Shown here: positions 43,558 to 57,280 of the stretch, piece after piece
Layout of the letters: every line of letters begins with the position of its first letter
Position numbering within the stretch: the stretch's first letter is position 1
Assembly (NCBI GenBank): GCA_964016885.1
Contig: OZ024758.1
Coordinates: 5,208,001-5,272,000, forward strand
Length of the DNA stretch: 64,000 nucleotides
Direction: 5' to 3'
Origin: Eledone cirrhosa
Taxonomy: Eukaryota
Notes under the pieces: generated by a model
What the model saw: only the letters and a program-made list of their open reading frames with translations
Told to the model about the DNA's origin: nothing
The model's database searches: none
Program-made: the position numbers and the translations under genes

Positions 43558-44107
43558 GTATGTTTTTATATATTATGTATATATCCATTTAACATTGAAG
43601 TATTTATGTATATTTCTATGGTACCTTCTTGTATTTGCATACATGTACGACTTGTATTTTTTTTTTTTTTTTTTTTACATTTAAAATTCATAATTATGTA
43701 TAATATGCTAATTCTAATTACATGCAATAATCAAGCGTAATTTTTAATAGGGCGGGGTTGACTGCATATTTTCTGTGTTTGACAGGGTACTGAAGCTGAA
43801 GTGACCTGTGCCACCCAAGATCTAAATCTGACCCTCTACGTGTGGGTGTATTAGTTTTCACGCTTGTATGCAAATGAGAGAGCCTATAGCCAAACAGTAA
43901 ACCATCTCTTGACTAGCTTAGGCAGGCTATCTGAATTACAATCTATCTTTTCTGTATTTAACTAAAGAAACCTTTGGTTTTATCATATATCCTCCAGCGG
44001 ACTCTCAAATATCCAGAAAGCCTTCATTCAACGATATCATACTCTCTCCCGTCTCATCATTGTATATGATCGCCTCATAGTCTCACAAAGTTAATTACAG
44101 TATAGTA

Positions 44108-44287
44108 TGGATTGGCACTATCGGTAGAGGGTCGGACGCCATGCTTTCAAGCATAGTTACGTCCCTTTACGATCTGAGTTCAAATCCCGCCGAGGTTGAC
44201 TTTGCCTTTCATCCTTACGGGGTCGATAAAATAAAGTACCAGTAATGCACTGGGTAATTGCTGGCCTTGTGCCTAAAGTAGAAACAA
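44108..44287 (+). mobile_element. SINE A
   Basis: Matches the family consensus. Confidence 0.85.
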
Positions 44288-44630
44288 GTATATTACATAA
44301 ACATTCTCCAATCATTTGTGCTGGAGAATTCATTGCTATAACCCACGGCTTTCTCCTTATATTAGAAATTAATCCAACTCCTTTGATGTCAGTTTTAATT
44401 GATACAACGACGGAGTTGCTAATGATCGGAATTTCTTGAAAAACAACCCTTCATCGAACGTCAGTAGAAGTTAATCAATAATATATATATATATATATAT
44501 ATATGTAGGAGGTGAGTTTTATTGTAGTACAATAAAGCAATGCAGATATCGGATAAGAAGCACTCTACAGTTTGTAGGACTGGAGTATACATAATATAAG
44601 ATCAAAACATGGTTAAAGGAGTTCCATGTA

Positions 44631-44697
44631 TTTTATTATGCGCATTTCAAAAACAAACATCATCATGCAATAATATTTGTGTTTTCATCAGATAAAA
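44631..44697 (-). ncRNA. Type I hammerhead ribozyme, inverted copy of 44806-44872, apparently intact
   Basis: Reverse complement reads TTTTATCTGATGAAAACACAAATATTATTGCATGATGATGTTTGTTTTTGAAATGCGCATAATAAAA. Confidence 0.8.
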
Positions 44698-44805
44698 CAG
44701 GAGAACATGATATGAAGGCTATAAAACACCTGTGGACAGTGCATATGTTGATTTAAAACTGCACTGTCCACAGGTGTTTTTTAGCCTTCATATCATGTTC
44801 TCCTG

Positions 44806-44872
44806 TTTTATCTGATGAAAACACAAATATTATTGCATGATGATGTTTGATTTTGAAATGCGCATAATAAAA
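44806..44872 (+). ncRNA. Type I hammerhead ribozyme, apparently intact
   Basis: TTTTAT-CTGATGA-[stem II AAA..CAAATATTATT gcat GATGATGTTTG..TTT]-GAA-ATGCGCAT-A-ATAAAA. Stem III is palindromic and the cleavage triplet is AUA. Confidence 0.8.
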
Positions 44873-44904
44873 TACATGGAACTCCTTTAACCCTCTTTTG
44901 ATCT

Positions 44905-44941
<37 letters not shown>

Positions 44942-44944
<3 letters not shown>

Positions 44945-45019
44945 GGTGTCCCCCCAAAATGTATACACACTTCAACAGCATTCTAGTAAATATTGTGTGT
45001 CTTCATTTTCGAGTACACC

Positions 45020-45022
<3 letters not shown>
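44942..45022. mobile_element. Tc1/mariner-type MITE in (TA)n
   Basis: TA|CAGGGTGT...ACACCCTG|TA. The first ~50 bp match the reverse complement of the right half of 360-460. Confidence 0.75.
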
Positions 45023-45071
<49 letters not shown>

Positions 45072-45241
45072 AGGTGTATATGTGTATATATATGTATAGG
45101 TGTATATGTGTATATATATGTATAGGTGTTTTTGTGTATGTATATATATGTATAGGTGTATATGTGTATGTATATATATGTACAGGTGTATATGTGTATG
45201 TATAGGTGTATATGTGTATATATATGTATATACGTGTGTAA

Positions 45242-45276
<35 letters not shown>

Positions 45277-45277
<1 letters not shown>

Positions 45278-45481
45278 ACGAAGGAAATGTGGTAAGGAAC
45301 CAGGTGGACCATAACGCACCAAAGTACTCAATACTTAGGGTAGTAGAGTGGGTAATAGGAAAGAGTAAAACCCGACGGCTGAGCTCAAGCCGTTTCGACG
45401 GCTAATTCTGGACTAAAAAAAAAAAAAAAAAGAATTAGCCGTCGAAACGGCTTGAGCTCAGCCGTCGGGGTCTTACTCTTT

Positions 45482-45486
<5 letters not shown>
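45277..45486 (-). mobile_element. Second copy of the 37.6 kb hairpin element
   Basis: Near-identical body (AACGAAGGAAATGTGGTAAGGAACCAGG...). The hairpin 45355-45486 has poly(A) in its loop, and the element is flanked by (TA)n. Confidence 0.65.
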
Positions 45487-45523
<37 letters not shown>

Positions 45524-45526
<3 letters not shown>

Positions 45527-45890
45527 AATGAAAGAACCGAGTTAAAGGCTTGCGTTAATCTCCTGTAATTTAATGAACTCGACGAATAAGTACCGGGCTC
45601 TTCATGATACAGTATATAGAGAAGAAAACAGAAAAGGGGTGTTTTCAATTACGAGGGATAGAGAACAACCAGAGTGAAGAACATAAGGTCTACGAAAAGT
45701 GTGGAAAATATATAATAATTAAAAAGGTAAATTAAAATGTAGGGGTCTGCACATTTCAATCAACCTTTTTAATTATTATGTGTTTTCCACACTTTTCGTA
45801 GATTTTATCGTCTTCACTCTGGTAGTTCTCTTATCCCTCGTAATTGAAAACATATCCTTTTCTGTTTTCTTCTCTATATACTGTATTATG
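45524..45890. repeat. ~138-bp imperfect inverted repeat embedded in TA-rich microsatellite
   Basis: Arms are ~45603-45740 and ~45751-45890. No convincing hammerhead. Confidence 0.75.
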
Positions 45891-46314
45891 TATATATATG
45901 TATATATATATATATGTATGTTTATATATATGCATGTATCTATATCTATGTATATATATATATATGTATATATATATATGTATGCATGTATATATATATA
46001 TGTATGCATGTATATATATGTATGTATGCATGTATATATATGTATATATATATATGTATGCATGTATATATATGTATATATATATATGTATGCATGTATA
46101 TATATGTATATATATATATGTATGCATGTATATATATGTATGTATGTATATATATGATATATATGTATGTATGTATATGTATATATGCATGTATATATAT
46201 GCATGTATATATGCATGTATATATATGCATGTATATATGCATGTATATATATGTATGTATATATATGAATATATATATGTATGTATATATATGAATATAT
46301 ATATATATGAATAT

Positions 46315-46558
46315 ATCTATCTATCTATCTAAGGCGGGTAAAATTCCCGAGATCCATGGACGAGTTCTCTCCAGCGGTCTCTGTCCCTCATTATCGCTGC
46401 CATATCCTGCATCTCCAACAGACCAGCTCAAAAGTGACACAGAGGAGACTGAGGTTGGCTGGACATGCTCACCGACATCCAGAGTTGACATTGCACTCAG
46501 TGCTCCTTTGAGAGCCCCTACATGGACACACTAGAAGAGGAAGACCAAGGTTAACATA
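46315..46558. mobile_element. RTE-group (Proto2/RTEX-like) LINE fragment with 5' inversion
   Basis: The plus strand at ~46425-46558 encodes QRRLRLAGHAHRHPELTLHSVLL*EP/HGHTRRGRPRLTY. The minus strand at ~46410-46330 encodes the downstream MAAIMRDRDRWRELV..stop, then an (ATAG)n tail. Confidence 0.75.
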
Positions 46559-46693
46559 TGAATATATGTATATATATATATATATGTATATATATGAATA
46601 TATGTATATATATATATATCATTCGTTCTACGAATCATTTTTGTTCTGAAATTAAGTAAAATGTGTTAAACCCTGTGTGTGCATATTTATATT

Positions 46694-46758
<65 letters not shown>

Positions 46759-47239
46759 GTGTATATATATGTGTGTGTGTGTGTGTGTATATATTTGTGT
46801 GTATATATATGTGTGTGTGTATATATATGTGTGTGTGTATATATTTGTGTGTATATATATATGTGTGTGTGTATATATATATGTATATATGTGTGTCTGT
46901 GTGTGTATATATGTGTGTGTGTGTGCATATATATATATGTGTGTGTCTGTGTGTGTATATATGTGTGTGCGTGTGTGCATATATATATATATATATATGT
47001 TAAACCGTGTGTATGTGCATTGTGAACTTAAAATCTGCTTTATTGCGATTTTTATTTCATCATAACCTTTCGTTGTAAAAAACATTTAAAGGAATTGAAC
47101 CACTCCATTCCTTATTCTATTTTACTTGTTAAAAGCTTTGTTCCTATAAAATCTTCTAAGTAATTCAATAATGCTAAGATGGTCTTCACCAGAATTTTTG
47201 AACGCTTCCTTTTTATTACTTCTTTCTATTCTATGACAG

Positions 47240-47320
47240 AAAATGATTGCTATATGGAATAAAATGCTGCAATTTGGAAGCTTCGTTGTTGTGTTGGAAC
47301 TTATGGTTATTTCGAGGGCG
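47240..47320 (+). CDS. Candidate 81-nt exon, possibly a first coding exon with a signal-peptide-like sequence (MIAIWNKMLQFGSFVVVLELMVISRA)
   Basis: Long pyrimidine tract plus CAG acceptor, AAAATG start context, GTAAGT donor at 47321. Only one frame is open. No homology recognised. Confidence 0.45.
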
Positions 47321-50140
47321 GTAAGTACGTTTTATTTATCTATTTTATATCGTATTTTTCTTCTTCTTGTCGTATGACATATGCACAATAGTGAGAAAAA
47401 CAGGTTGTCGAGACCAACGAACGAGATTATGGCGTCATTTGCAATATTATAGATTGCCTTCTGGCGGCCGGTAAAACGTCTGACGGGGTTCAATACCGAA
47501 CAACATGCAGTACTCTCAGCCCAGGGTCACCATAGTCACATGCTGGACTCTCTTTCTTTTTCTATTAACGAAGATGGTGGGCTGTCCTTCCTGGCATGTG
47601 TTGTGTGGATCCGATTAAGTGACACTCGTGGTTGGGAAGGTCAGTCTTGGACTTGGACTTGGTTCATTTTATAGCGCAAGTAGTGGACAATAGCCTCTTT
47701 CATTAATGGTACTTTTTAACGAACTAATCACTGATTTACTGCATTTCTGAAGGTGAAAGTGGCACGGGAGTATCTAGAAAATCGCTGCCGAACAAATATC
47801 AGAAAGGTTATTGTTTGTAAAGCAATGATTTTTCACCGTTAAACATCAGCGAAAAATATACACAAACATATATGTACTCACATGCTCATGCATATATACT
47901 CATACACAAACATACACACATTCGTATTCAGATACAAACGTATAAATATGCGCTGCCTACCAGTTTCCACTTACAATGTTTTGATCAACTCTAAAACTAA
48001 GATAGAACGGACTGGCTCAAAATGATACACCGTAGAACTGAACTCGGGATTAGGTTGTTATGAATCACATTCTTAACCTCTAAGCCATGCAATCATCCAT
48101 CATAAAGGTTTCAATCAATTGACAACATCCCATTCGTATACCGAATCGGGTGGAACTTATCAAATGGAACGAAGGAATTAATGTTTCCACTGGTCTTTTC
48201 ATTACTGATTCTATCTATCTGTAGCAAAGTGTCTTGCTTGCTTAAGACCATAACACATAGCATCTCACTGTTGCCACTCCAATTCTCTTACTACAAAGCC
48301 AGGCGCCTTCACGACGATTTATAATTTGAAACTTTCCATGTAGTGAACCATTATGTAATACAAGATCGGCTATCCACTGTAGATTGGAAGTATTTAATAT
48401 GTGGCTGTATATTAATTGGCTAGCTTTATAACTCACCTTCTTATGGAAAAAAAGGAGAAAAAAATGGCATCTTTGGGAAAAAATGAGAAATATCAGAAGA
48501 TAAAATTAAACTGTCAATTGCAATCTAACTAAAAAAAATTGTATTTTTTCCTATTTTGACATCAATTTGAAAATTGTGTAAAATAATTTGAAAGTTCACC
48601 GTAGCATTTTAATAATTACCTTTCATTTTGAAATGGCACCCTATGGTTTTATTGATAGTATGCTGCCATTAATTCACAATGATTATATACCATAGTAAAT
48701 ACGATTTCTACAAAGCATTTAAAATTTCCTATACACAAACCACCCATGAGATCGGCGTTGCTAATACATTTCCCCCTTTTCCATCTGCTATAAATTTCAT
48801 TACGGCTTTTTCTTATGTAAGATTCCATTTTCTCGTCGAATTGTTACCAATTTTCCTAAGAAAGTTGAAATAAAAATTTACTGATAAACAATTTCTTCAT
48901 TTTACTATGTATTTATTTTGTTCTGATATTTTTGGTTTATCTTTTCGTTTCTGCTCTGACAGTAGGCCACTATCTCTGCTATATACAGTTGGACATTAAA
49001 ATGAAATCCATGCTAAATTTGCATTCTCTTGTATCAGCTCTGTTGTACATTAGAGTTCGGTTATGTAGCACACACTTCGTGTCTTTTCTAACATATACAC
49101 ACACACACATACATACTCACTCACATATACACACACATATACACACACATATACACACATACATACAGACATACTTTCTCTCCACCTCTCACACCCCCTC
49201 CCACTCCCCCTCCATCCCTATCTCTGTGTGTGGGTATATATATGTGTGGGGGGGGTATATATATGTGTGTGTGTGTGTGTGTGAGTATATATATGTGTGT
49301 GTGTATGTGTGTATATGTGTGTGTGTATGTGTGTATATATATGTGTGTATATATATATATGTGTGTGTGTGTATATATATGTGTATATATATATATATAT
49401 GTGTGTGTGTATATATGTGTGTGTGTGTATATATGTGTGTGTGTGTACATATATATATGTCTGTCTGTGTGTTTAATGTGTCAGTTTCTATTGTATTGAG
49501 GGTGTTTTACCTAATAAGGGGACACGACCAAATGTTATTGGTTAATCAATATATTTATCGATCTGTTATCGATCAATCAGGGTAGAGCTATTATTTTGAC
49601 AATGTTTCTATTTGTTATAACAATTATTATTTTATTTGGATTGGGGTTTTTTTTCCTGTGTTTCTTTCCTTCCGATTTCAAAACTAATTTTACCATCAAC
49701 AACATTTTAGTCTTCATAATCCTCAACAGTAGTAGTAGTGGCGGTAATAGTAGTAGTAGTAACACTGGTGGTAGTAGCAGTAGTGATAGCAGTAGTGATA
49801 GCAGTAGTAGTAGGAGTAGCTGTAGTAATAGGAGCAGCAGTGGTAGTAGTGTAGTTGTTGCAATAGTAGTATTAGCTTTTTTGTTTGTTTTGTGTGCTTT
49901 TTGTTTATCAACAAGAAGGATTTTTTCCCCTCTAAGTTTTAATATTAGGCTGTCTTTTATCCTGAAAAAAGAAAACACAAAAAAAGAAAGGTTATTATAT
50001 CGATAAAAAAAATTTAAAAAAAATTAATTACTTTTTCATAATCTTGTGATTTTATTGTGTTTGGTATGAGAAAGTTGAGGAACACAATGTCTTCAAAGAA
50101 ATCATTGTCGGTAATTCCCCGCTACCAAATATTTAATATT

Positions 50141-50520
50141 ACACACTCACTACCACACACTCACTACCACACACTCACTACCATATAGTCACTACCACAC
50201 ACTCACTACCACACACTCACTACCACACACTCACTACCATATAGTCACTACCACACACTCACTACCACACACTCACTACCATATAGTCACTACCACACAC
50301 TCACTACCATATAGTCACTACCACACACTCACTACCACACACTCACTACCACACACTCACTACCATATAGTCACTACCACACACTCACTACCATATAGTC
50401 ACTACCACACACTCACTACCACACACTCACTACCATATAGTCACTACCACACACTCACTACCACACACTCACTACCATATAGTCACTACCAAACATTTAG
50501 TATCACACAGTCACTACCAA
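50141..50520. repeat. 14-bp minisatellite with two interspersed variants
   Basis: TCACTACCACACAC / TCACTACCATATAG. Confidence 0.9.
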
Positions 50521-51654
50521 ACATTTAATACCATACAGTCAGTAATTCCCTGCTACCAAACAATCACAATACTTTATACAGTCCATTGCCTGCTAAATGG
50601 TCGTTGGTTCGTCTGTTTCTCTCATTGTTTGTTTTTTTGTGTTACTACAGAGGTTTTTGTAATTGTTGTTTTTGTCTCTCGGTTCTGTTCAATATCCGAA
50701 TATATCAAAATGATGAACGGTTTACTGAATATCTTCCATAGTAATCCACCTTGTCAATATATTTCAGTTTACTTATATTAAAAATACATCACCATCATCA
50801 CCATCACCATCATCATCGTCATCGTCATCGTCGCCATCATCATCACGATCGTCATCATCATCATCGTCGCCATCATCACCATCGCCATCATTATCATCAT
50901 CGCCATCATTATCACCATCGCCATCATCATCACCATCGTCATCATCTTCATCGTCGTTATCATTCTCTGTAAGAGGCTAGATAGCCGAATGTAGTTGTGG
51001 AGCCGGAGGTGTTTTATTTGATTCGACGCTCTAAGAACTCTGCCAATTTGCCACCTTAATATATTTTACCTGGTGCTACATTATAGAATATTTACTGTCA
51101 TTAGTTTAGAATTTAATTAAAGAATACATAAATTAAATGTCTTGTTTATTAAGATATTTGTCTTAATGTAGAAAATAAGATAGTTATCTTATTACAGAGA
51201 ACTTGAATGTGACATTTGAAAGTTCTCAACAGAGATATATATCGTCTTTAATCTGTTAGACAGAAGCTGATTTATTGCAGGAAGTGATAAATCGGGCGTT
51301 ACTACTTTTATGAACTTTCGTTTGATATTGTATCAACTGTGTGTAACATAGACACTAGAGTAAGATTTACATTACAAGCAAGACAATTTTCTTATGACTC
51401 ATTATGTTTGATTCTCAGTTATTACAGTTTCACTTCCTTTCTTAACACCTTGTGGCAGATATGAGCTTGATATCATCTCTAACTATGTTTCTTAACTGAT
51501 GACATATCTTTGTAACAAACCATAACCCTGATACTATATGAGTAAATTCTGGTTTAAAACTATTTATCTTAAATAGGGTTAGATACACCCGGTGTTTCTC
51601 TGACTAATTAAGCCCACGCAAGCTGTTCAGATCTTAGATTTAGACTTGGAAGCT

Positions 51655-51900
51655 CCTGTGTCTTGAGACACATGGGGCAGATAAAGTGCTCCAATGGTCA
51701 CGGTCAGTTACATCTATCAATACAACCCATGTCTTGAGACACAGGGGGCAGCCAAAGTGTTCCAATGACCACCACGGTCAGTTACATCTATCAATACATC
51801 CCATGTCTTGAGACACATGAGACAGCCAAAGTGCTCCAATGACCATGGTCAGTTACATCCCATGTCTTGAGACACATGAGACAACTAAAGTGCTCCAATC
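51655..51900. repeat. 59-74-bp minisatellite x4 with internal dyad TGTCT(TG)AGACA
   Basis: TCTTGAGACAC occurs at 51661, 51732, 51806 and 51865. Confidence 0.8.
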
Positions 51901-52258
51901 AATACATCGTTCCAATTTTTGTTGACGGGTTTCATCGATGCAGTTGTTGTTCGGTCTATATTTCTGCCGGGTATATCTAAAAGGAAACTGTGATCGAGAA
52001 GGACAATGGAAAAGGTTTTAATGTTGGTACGAATTATTGGGAAATTATTTGATGTGGAACAGGGGATATGAGACACAGGATGGGTGATGAAATGTGCAGA
52101 AACGAATATTAAATGTTGGTGAATTAGTACAAAAAACATAGAGGAAGCATCTTATTTGTGCTAGATTGTTAACATGTTCATGAATTAACCCCAACAAATC
52201 AGTGAAATATGATTCTTTGAGATACAATATTGGATGTTTGTGTGGTTAATAATAACAG

Positions 52259-52309
52259 AGTTCTTAAAATGTAAACAATACTCGAATGAGGATGGTACGT
52301 GTGTACTTT
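52259..52309 (+). other. Weak candidate 51-nt exon (FLKCKQYSNEDGTCVL)
   Basis: CAG...GTAAGT with an open Cys-containing frame. The acceptor lacks a pyrimidine tract. Confidence 0.18.
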
Positions 52310-52359
52310 GTAAGTGCGTCTTTACCACAATTAAACCACCAACTACTCTGCAATAATGC

Positions 52360-52760
52360 TACAGTATCACAAGATCACCTCAGAAGCTCTCTACATTCCA
52401 GAATCACATCATGAGACTTATGACTAGCAAGCAGCTCAGCGACCGTATCTATATCAGTGAGCTGCTCAACATTACCAAACTTAGACCAATTACATCAATT
52501 GTCAAGTCAAGAGTACTCAAACTATATGGTCATATAAAAAGATCAACTCATGGTGTGAGTAGATTATGCCTGGAAGGAAGGTTCCCTGGTAAGAGAAGCA
52601 GAGGCCGGCATCCAAAACGATGGCTTGATAATGTCAACTTATGGACTGGACTTGATCTTTACTCTTTAAACTCTGCTGTTGGTGATCGAACTTTGTGGAG
52701 AAAAATATCTCATGTTACTGCGCAGTCTGCAACTGGCGGAGTTTAGCGTCACAAAAAAAA
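52360..52760 (+). mobile_element. 3' fragment of an RTE-clade LINE
   Basis: ORF 52411-52746 contains RVLKLYGHIKR...LEGRFPGKRSRGRHPKRWLDNV...DRTLWR, the typical RTE C-terminus. A short A tail follows. Confidence 0.85.
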
Positions 52761-53127
52761 TCCCTGCTCCCGACAGAAATACTACTCAAAAGAATGGAGA
52801 CCCAAATGACAACATTATACTAGAATAAATACGACGTGCATTAAACGGAGGGCGGCGAATAATTTTAACTAAATGAAAGATTAAACATTCATTTATAAAT
52901 GGGTCTACATTCTTCAATTAATATAGATGTATATTTTAAATGTAAAATTTGATAAACAAATAGAAAAGATAGATTGACTATTAATGGAGTCTGCATATTA
53001 TTTAGTATATTACCAACTCCACGCCTATTTCCTCTACACCACACACCCGTATCCTTTCTTAGTATCACGTTTTACATCGGTCGGCAAATTGTAAAGAATT
53101 GCATGGACGTTGCTTGCCAGTCGATCG

Positions 53128-53178
<51 letters not shown>

Positions 53179-53545
53179 ATAAGTGTTTTAAAATTAGATT
53201 TAACATTTAAAGTGTTCTCGTGTAGTTTTAACGATTATTGAAAGTGGTTTTATATTTAAACTCTATTTCTATTAAGTGCAGTTTCGAGCTGATTAAAACC
53301 CCCTACGTGATTTAATATTAAATAGTCCTTAACAAATGGTGTATTATCATATTGCCATATGTCCGCTGGAGTTGAAATCGGAATAGAATTTAGCATGAGT
53401 GACGTCTTGTCTCTAAAATACAGCCATTACTAGCTTTAATGGTAAATTGAATGAGTGCTTTGTAGTAAAAGCTGCAAAAGAAATGTGCATAAAGAATTCG
53501 ATTGAGAAGTAATATATGTGTGTATGTGCGTACATGGCTATGTGC

Positions 53546-54070
<525 letters not shown>

Positions 54071-54599
54071 CGAAAGTTGTTATATTATACATATATGACG
54101 AATAATATAAATATAAAATATACACGGGATATCACAGAAAGCAATATAATTTAATTCCTTTCAAATATTAAAATTACTTTATTAACAGCAGGGCATTTAT
54201 TGTGTACTTATTCGAAGCTAGGACAGGTAAATTGATTAACTGTACACATTATTCAAATGTATGCGTATTAAAATAGGTACGAAATTTGACTATCTAATCT
54301 TTTGAAAAAAAATTTCTATGGGAAGATTTTCCCTTAAGTAATGTCATGCGTGCAAAACCTAATTCTATTCAGCTTTATAATTTAGACTGTATTACTGCAT
54401 GATATAACAGCCTCTTGCTTATATTGTACTATTTAAATGTCTACCATATCTAACATTACATGCGATGTTAGCACTTTCATTCGTTTCTAAATCTCTCTAC
54501 CCTATCTAACATTATACATATGATGTCAGTCCTTTCGCTCGTTCCTAAATCTCTGTATTATATCTAACATTACTTTCCCTCGTTCCTAAATCTCTGTAT

Positions 54600-54775
54600 T
54601 GGTGGATTGGCAGTATCGGTAGAGGGTCGGAGCAAAGAGTTATGGCCCTTTATGGTCTGAGTTCAAATCCCGCCGAGGTTAACTTTGCCTTTCATCCTTA
54701 CGGGGTCGATAAAATAAAGTACCAGTAATACACTGGAATAATTGCTGGCCTTGTGCCAAAAGTAGAAACAATTAT
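54600..54775 (+). mobile_element. SINE A
   Basis: Matches the family consensus. Confidence 0.85.
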
Positions 54776-55439
54776 AGCCTTTCATCTACTATTTTCAACA
54801 CTAGATTTTAGACCCATTTTGTAAAATGTATAACATTTCTCTTTCAAGAAGTTTTGGGGACTTTGCTAGATGGATATTAATCCGTTAGCATTTAAACCGG
54901 CCAGAATTCTCTCACCTCTTTCTGTTCAATCCAACACTAACTGGCTGCTCATGCTAAGTTAAGGTATTGTTCTAAAAATAAATAACATCAAAATGTTGTA
55001 GTTTTGCTATTATGTGAGATAAATATATAAAATAAAGTGTTTACCGTGAAAATATAATAGTAAATAAATATAGATGATAAAGGGTTAAGGCTAAAATATG
55101 GAAACATACATTTGTCTACTAATACTTTTGATAAAAATATGCACAATACACTCTCAATAACCCTCGAGTGTACATCTGACAACGTTTTCCTATGTTATTG
55201 TGTTTCAATGGCTTAGACAGGGGTGTTGGAAACATTTTTATGGCTTCCAAGACTGATAAAAGGAAATGAAGAAGTTATTCTTAGGTCGGAAACCTTGGTT
55301 GAACGCTTGCGACAAAGTGCATCCTGCTGAAAGTCTCCAGTGGCTTGGGGTGGCCATGTTAGATTTTTAGCGGCACTCCGTCGGTTATGACGACGAGTCT
55401 TCCAATTGATACGATCAACGTTAATTTCTGCTCGTGCAT

Positions 55440-56262
55440 TCCACAACCACGCGTACTCATAACGTATTTCTCAGGGAGATTCAGCGTTACACAGAATGTG
55501 ACAATGCTGGGCCTTCAAATTACAGGTACAACTCATTTTTTCCAGGTGAATGGAAACGCTATGGTCGATACAGCTTGGCACCAGTGACGTCGCAACTCAT
55601 TTCTACAGCTGAGGAAACTGGAGCAACGTGAAATAAAGTGTCTTGCTCAAGAACACAGCACACTGCCGGGAATCGAACTCACGAACTTACCATCTTGAGC
55701 TGAATACCCTAACCTCAAAACCACGAGCATGGTTTAGTGGCTTACAATTGAGAGATTGGGAGTTTGATTATCAGACTCGGTGATGCGTTGTGTCCTTGAG
55801 CAAGACACTTTATTTCACGTTGCTCCAGTTTCCTCAGCTGTAGAAATGAGTTGCGACGTCACTGGTGCCAAGCTGTATCGACCATAGCGTTTCCCTTGGA
55901 CAACCTCATATATAGTGTATATATAGAGTATAGGGTGTATATATAGAGTATATAGTGTATATAGAGAGAGTATATAATATATGTTGTGATGTCACTGTTG
56001 CCAAGTTGTATCAGCCTTGGCCTTTCCCTTGGACAACATCATATATAGTGTATATATACTGTACACAGTGTATATATATATGCTGTATATATAGTGTATA
56101 TATTAGTTTTGATGTCACTGGTGCCAAGCTGTATTAACCATAGTCTTTCCCTTGGTCATCATCTGTGGTGAGGAGAAGGGAGACTGATATCTTGTTCAGG
56201 CTTAAGCTTCGGAGAGGAACATTCTAGGTGCAAAACCATGGTCATTCGTGACCGAAGGGGGA
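55440..56262. mobile_element. Head-to-head pair of family C-related SINEs
   Basis: Minus copy at ~55440-55725 and plus copy at ~55730-56262. Confidence 0.75.
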
Positions 56263-56870
56263 ATGTTAGAGTGAGCGGTCGGTTTCCACACAGCTTTCAG
56301 CTGTCAGATTTCACTAAAACAAGGCCTTGGTTAACCCAACAAAACATGAGCAATATGCCGGACAGTGAAATCAAACCCGTGATCTAACAGTTATAACTCG
56401 AACTTCTTCATCACACCAAATATATTCACACCTCTATGGCACCATGTATTGTATTAGGTTCTTTGATCATTACCATTGCCTTCAGAAATAAATTTCCTGT
56501 TAATTCAGAGTTTTAAATCCAGATATTAGTAATTTACATGCCTCTTAAATCAAATCTCAACTCAATAGCTATTTGAATTATAATTGGAAATTTGAATCTT
56601 CCCGCGGTCAAACATCTAAATAGCTTCTTTCTCTGTATTGTAGAAATACACGTGGATATTATTACACTAGCTTCTATTAGGGAAATTTAAATTATTTGAA
56701 TTATCCAAAGATTAAAGAATCTGTATTCTTGATATTGTTGGTCGCTACTACTGCGTAAATCCGGAATGTCGTTCATACTAAAGAAATTATCGATTTGTTA
56801 CACATGGCATTTTTGTGGAGACATTTGATTGACTTAATCAACATTAGAATGTATTATTAGTGCTTTGAAA

Positions 56871-57280
56871 GGGCGTTGGATTGGCAGTATCAGTGGAGCA
56901 TCGGAAACCATGCTTTGCAGCATAGAGTTATGGTCCTTTACCGTCTGAGTTCAAATGCCGACGAGGTTAACTTTGTCTTTCATCACTGGTGCCAAGCTGT
57001 ATCGGTCATTGCCTTCCCCTTGGACATCATATATGGTGTATATATAGAGTAGAGAGTATATAGTGTATATATATATAGAATATAGAGTGTGTATATAGAG
57101 TGTATATAGAGTGTATGTTGTGACGTCACTGGTGCCAAGCTGTATCAGTCATTGCCTTTTCCTTGAGCAGGGAGAGGGGAGACTGATATGTATGGCTGCC
57201 TACTGGTCTTCCTCAAACAACCTTGCCTGGGCTTGTGCCTCGGAGGGAAACCATGCTCATTTGTGACCGAGCGGGGCCTA
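56871..57280 (+). mobile_element. Chimera: SINE A head fused to SINE C body
   Basis: ...CTTTGTCTTTCA|TCACTGGTGCCAAGCTG junction at ~56983. Confidence 0.7.

Larger units (their letters stand above)
44506..44912 (-). mobile_element. PLE-like foldback insertion with 153-bp inverted arms
   Basis: Arms are 44591-44743 and 44760-44912 with a 16-nt loop. Each arm has a hammerhead, and both ends run into (TA)n. Confidence 0.75.
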
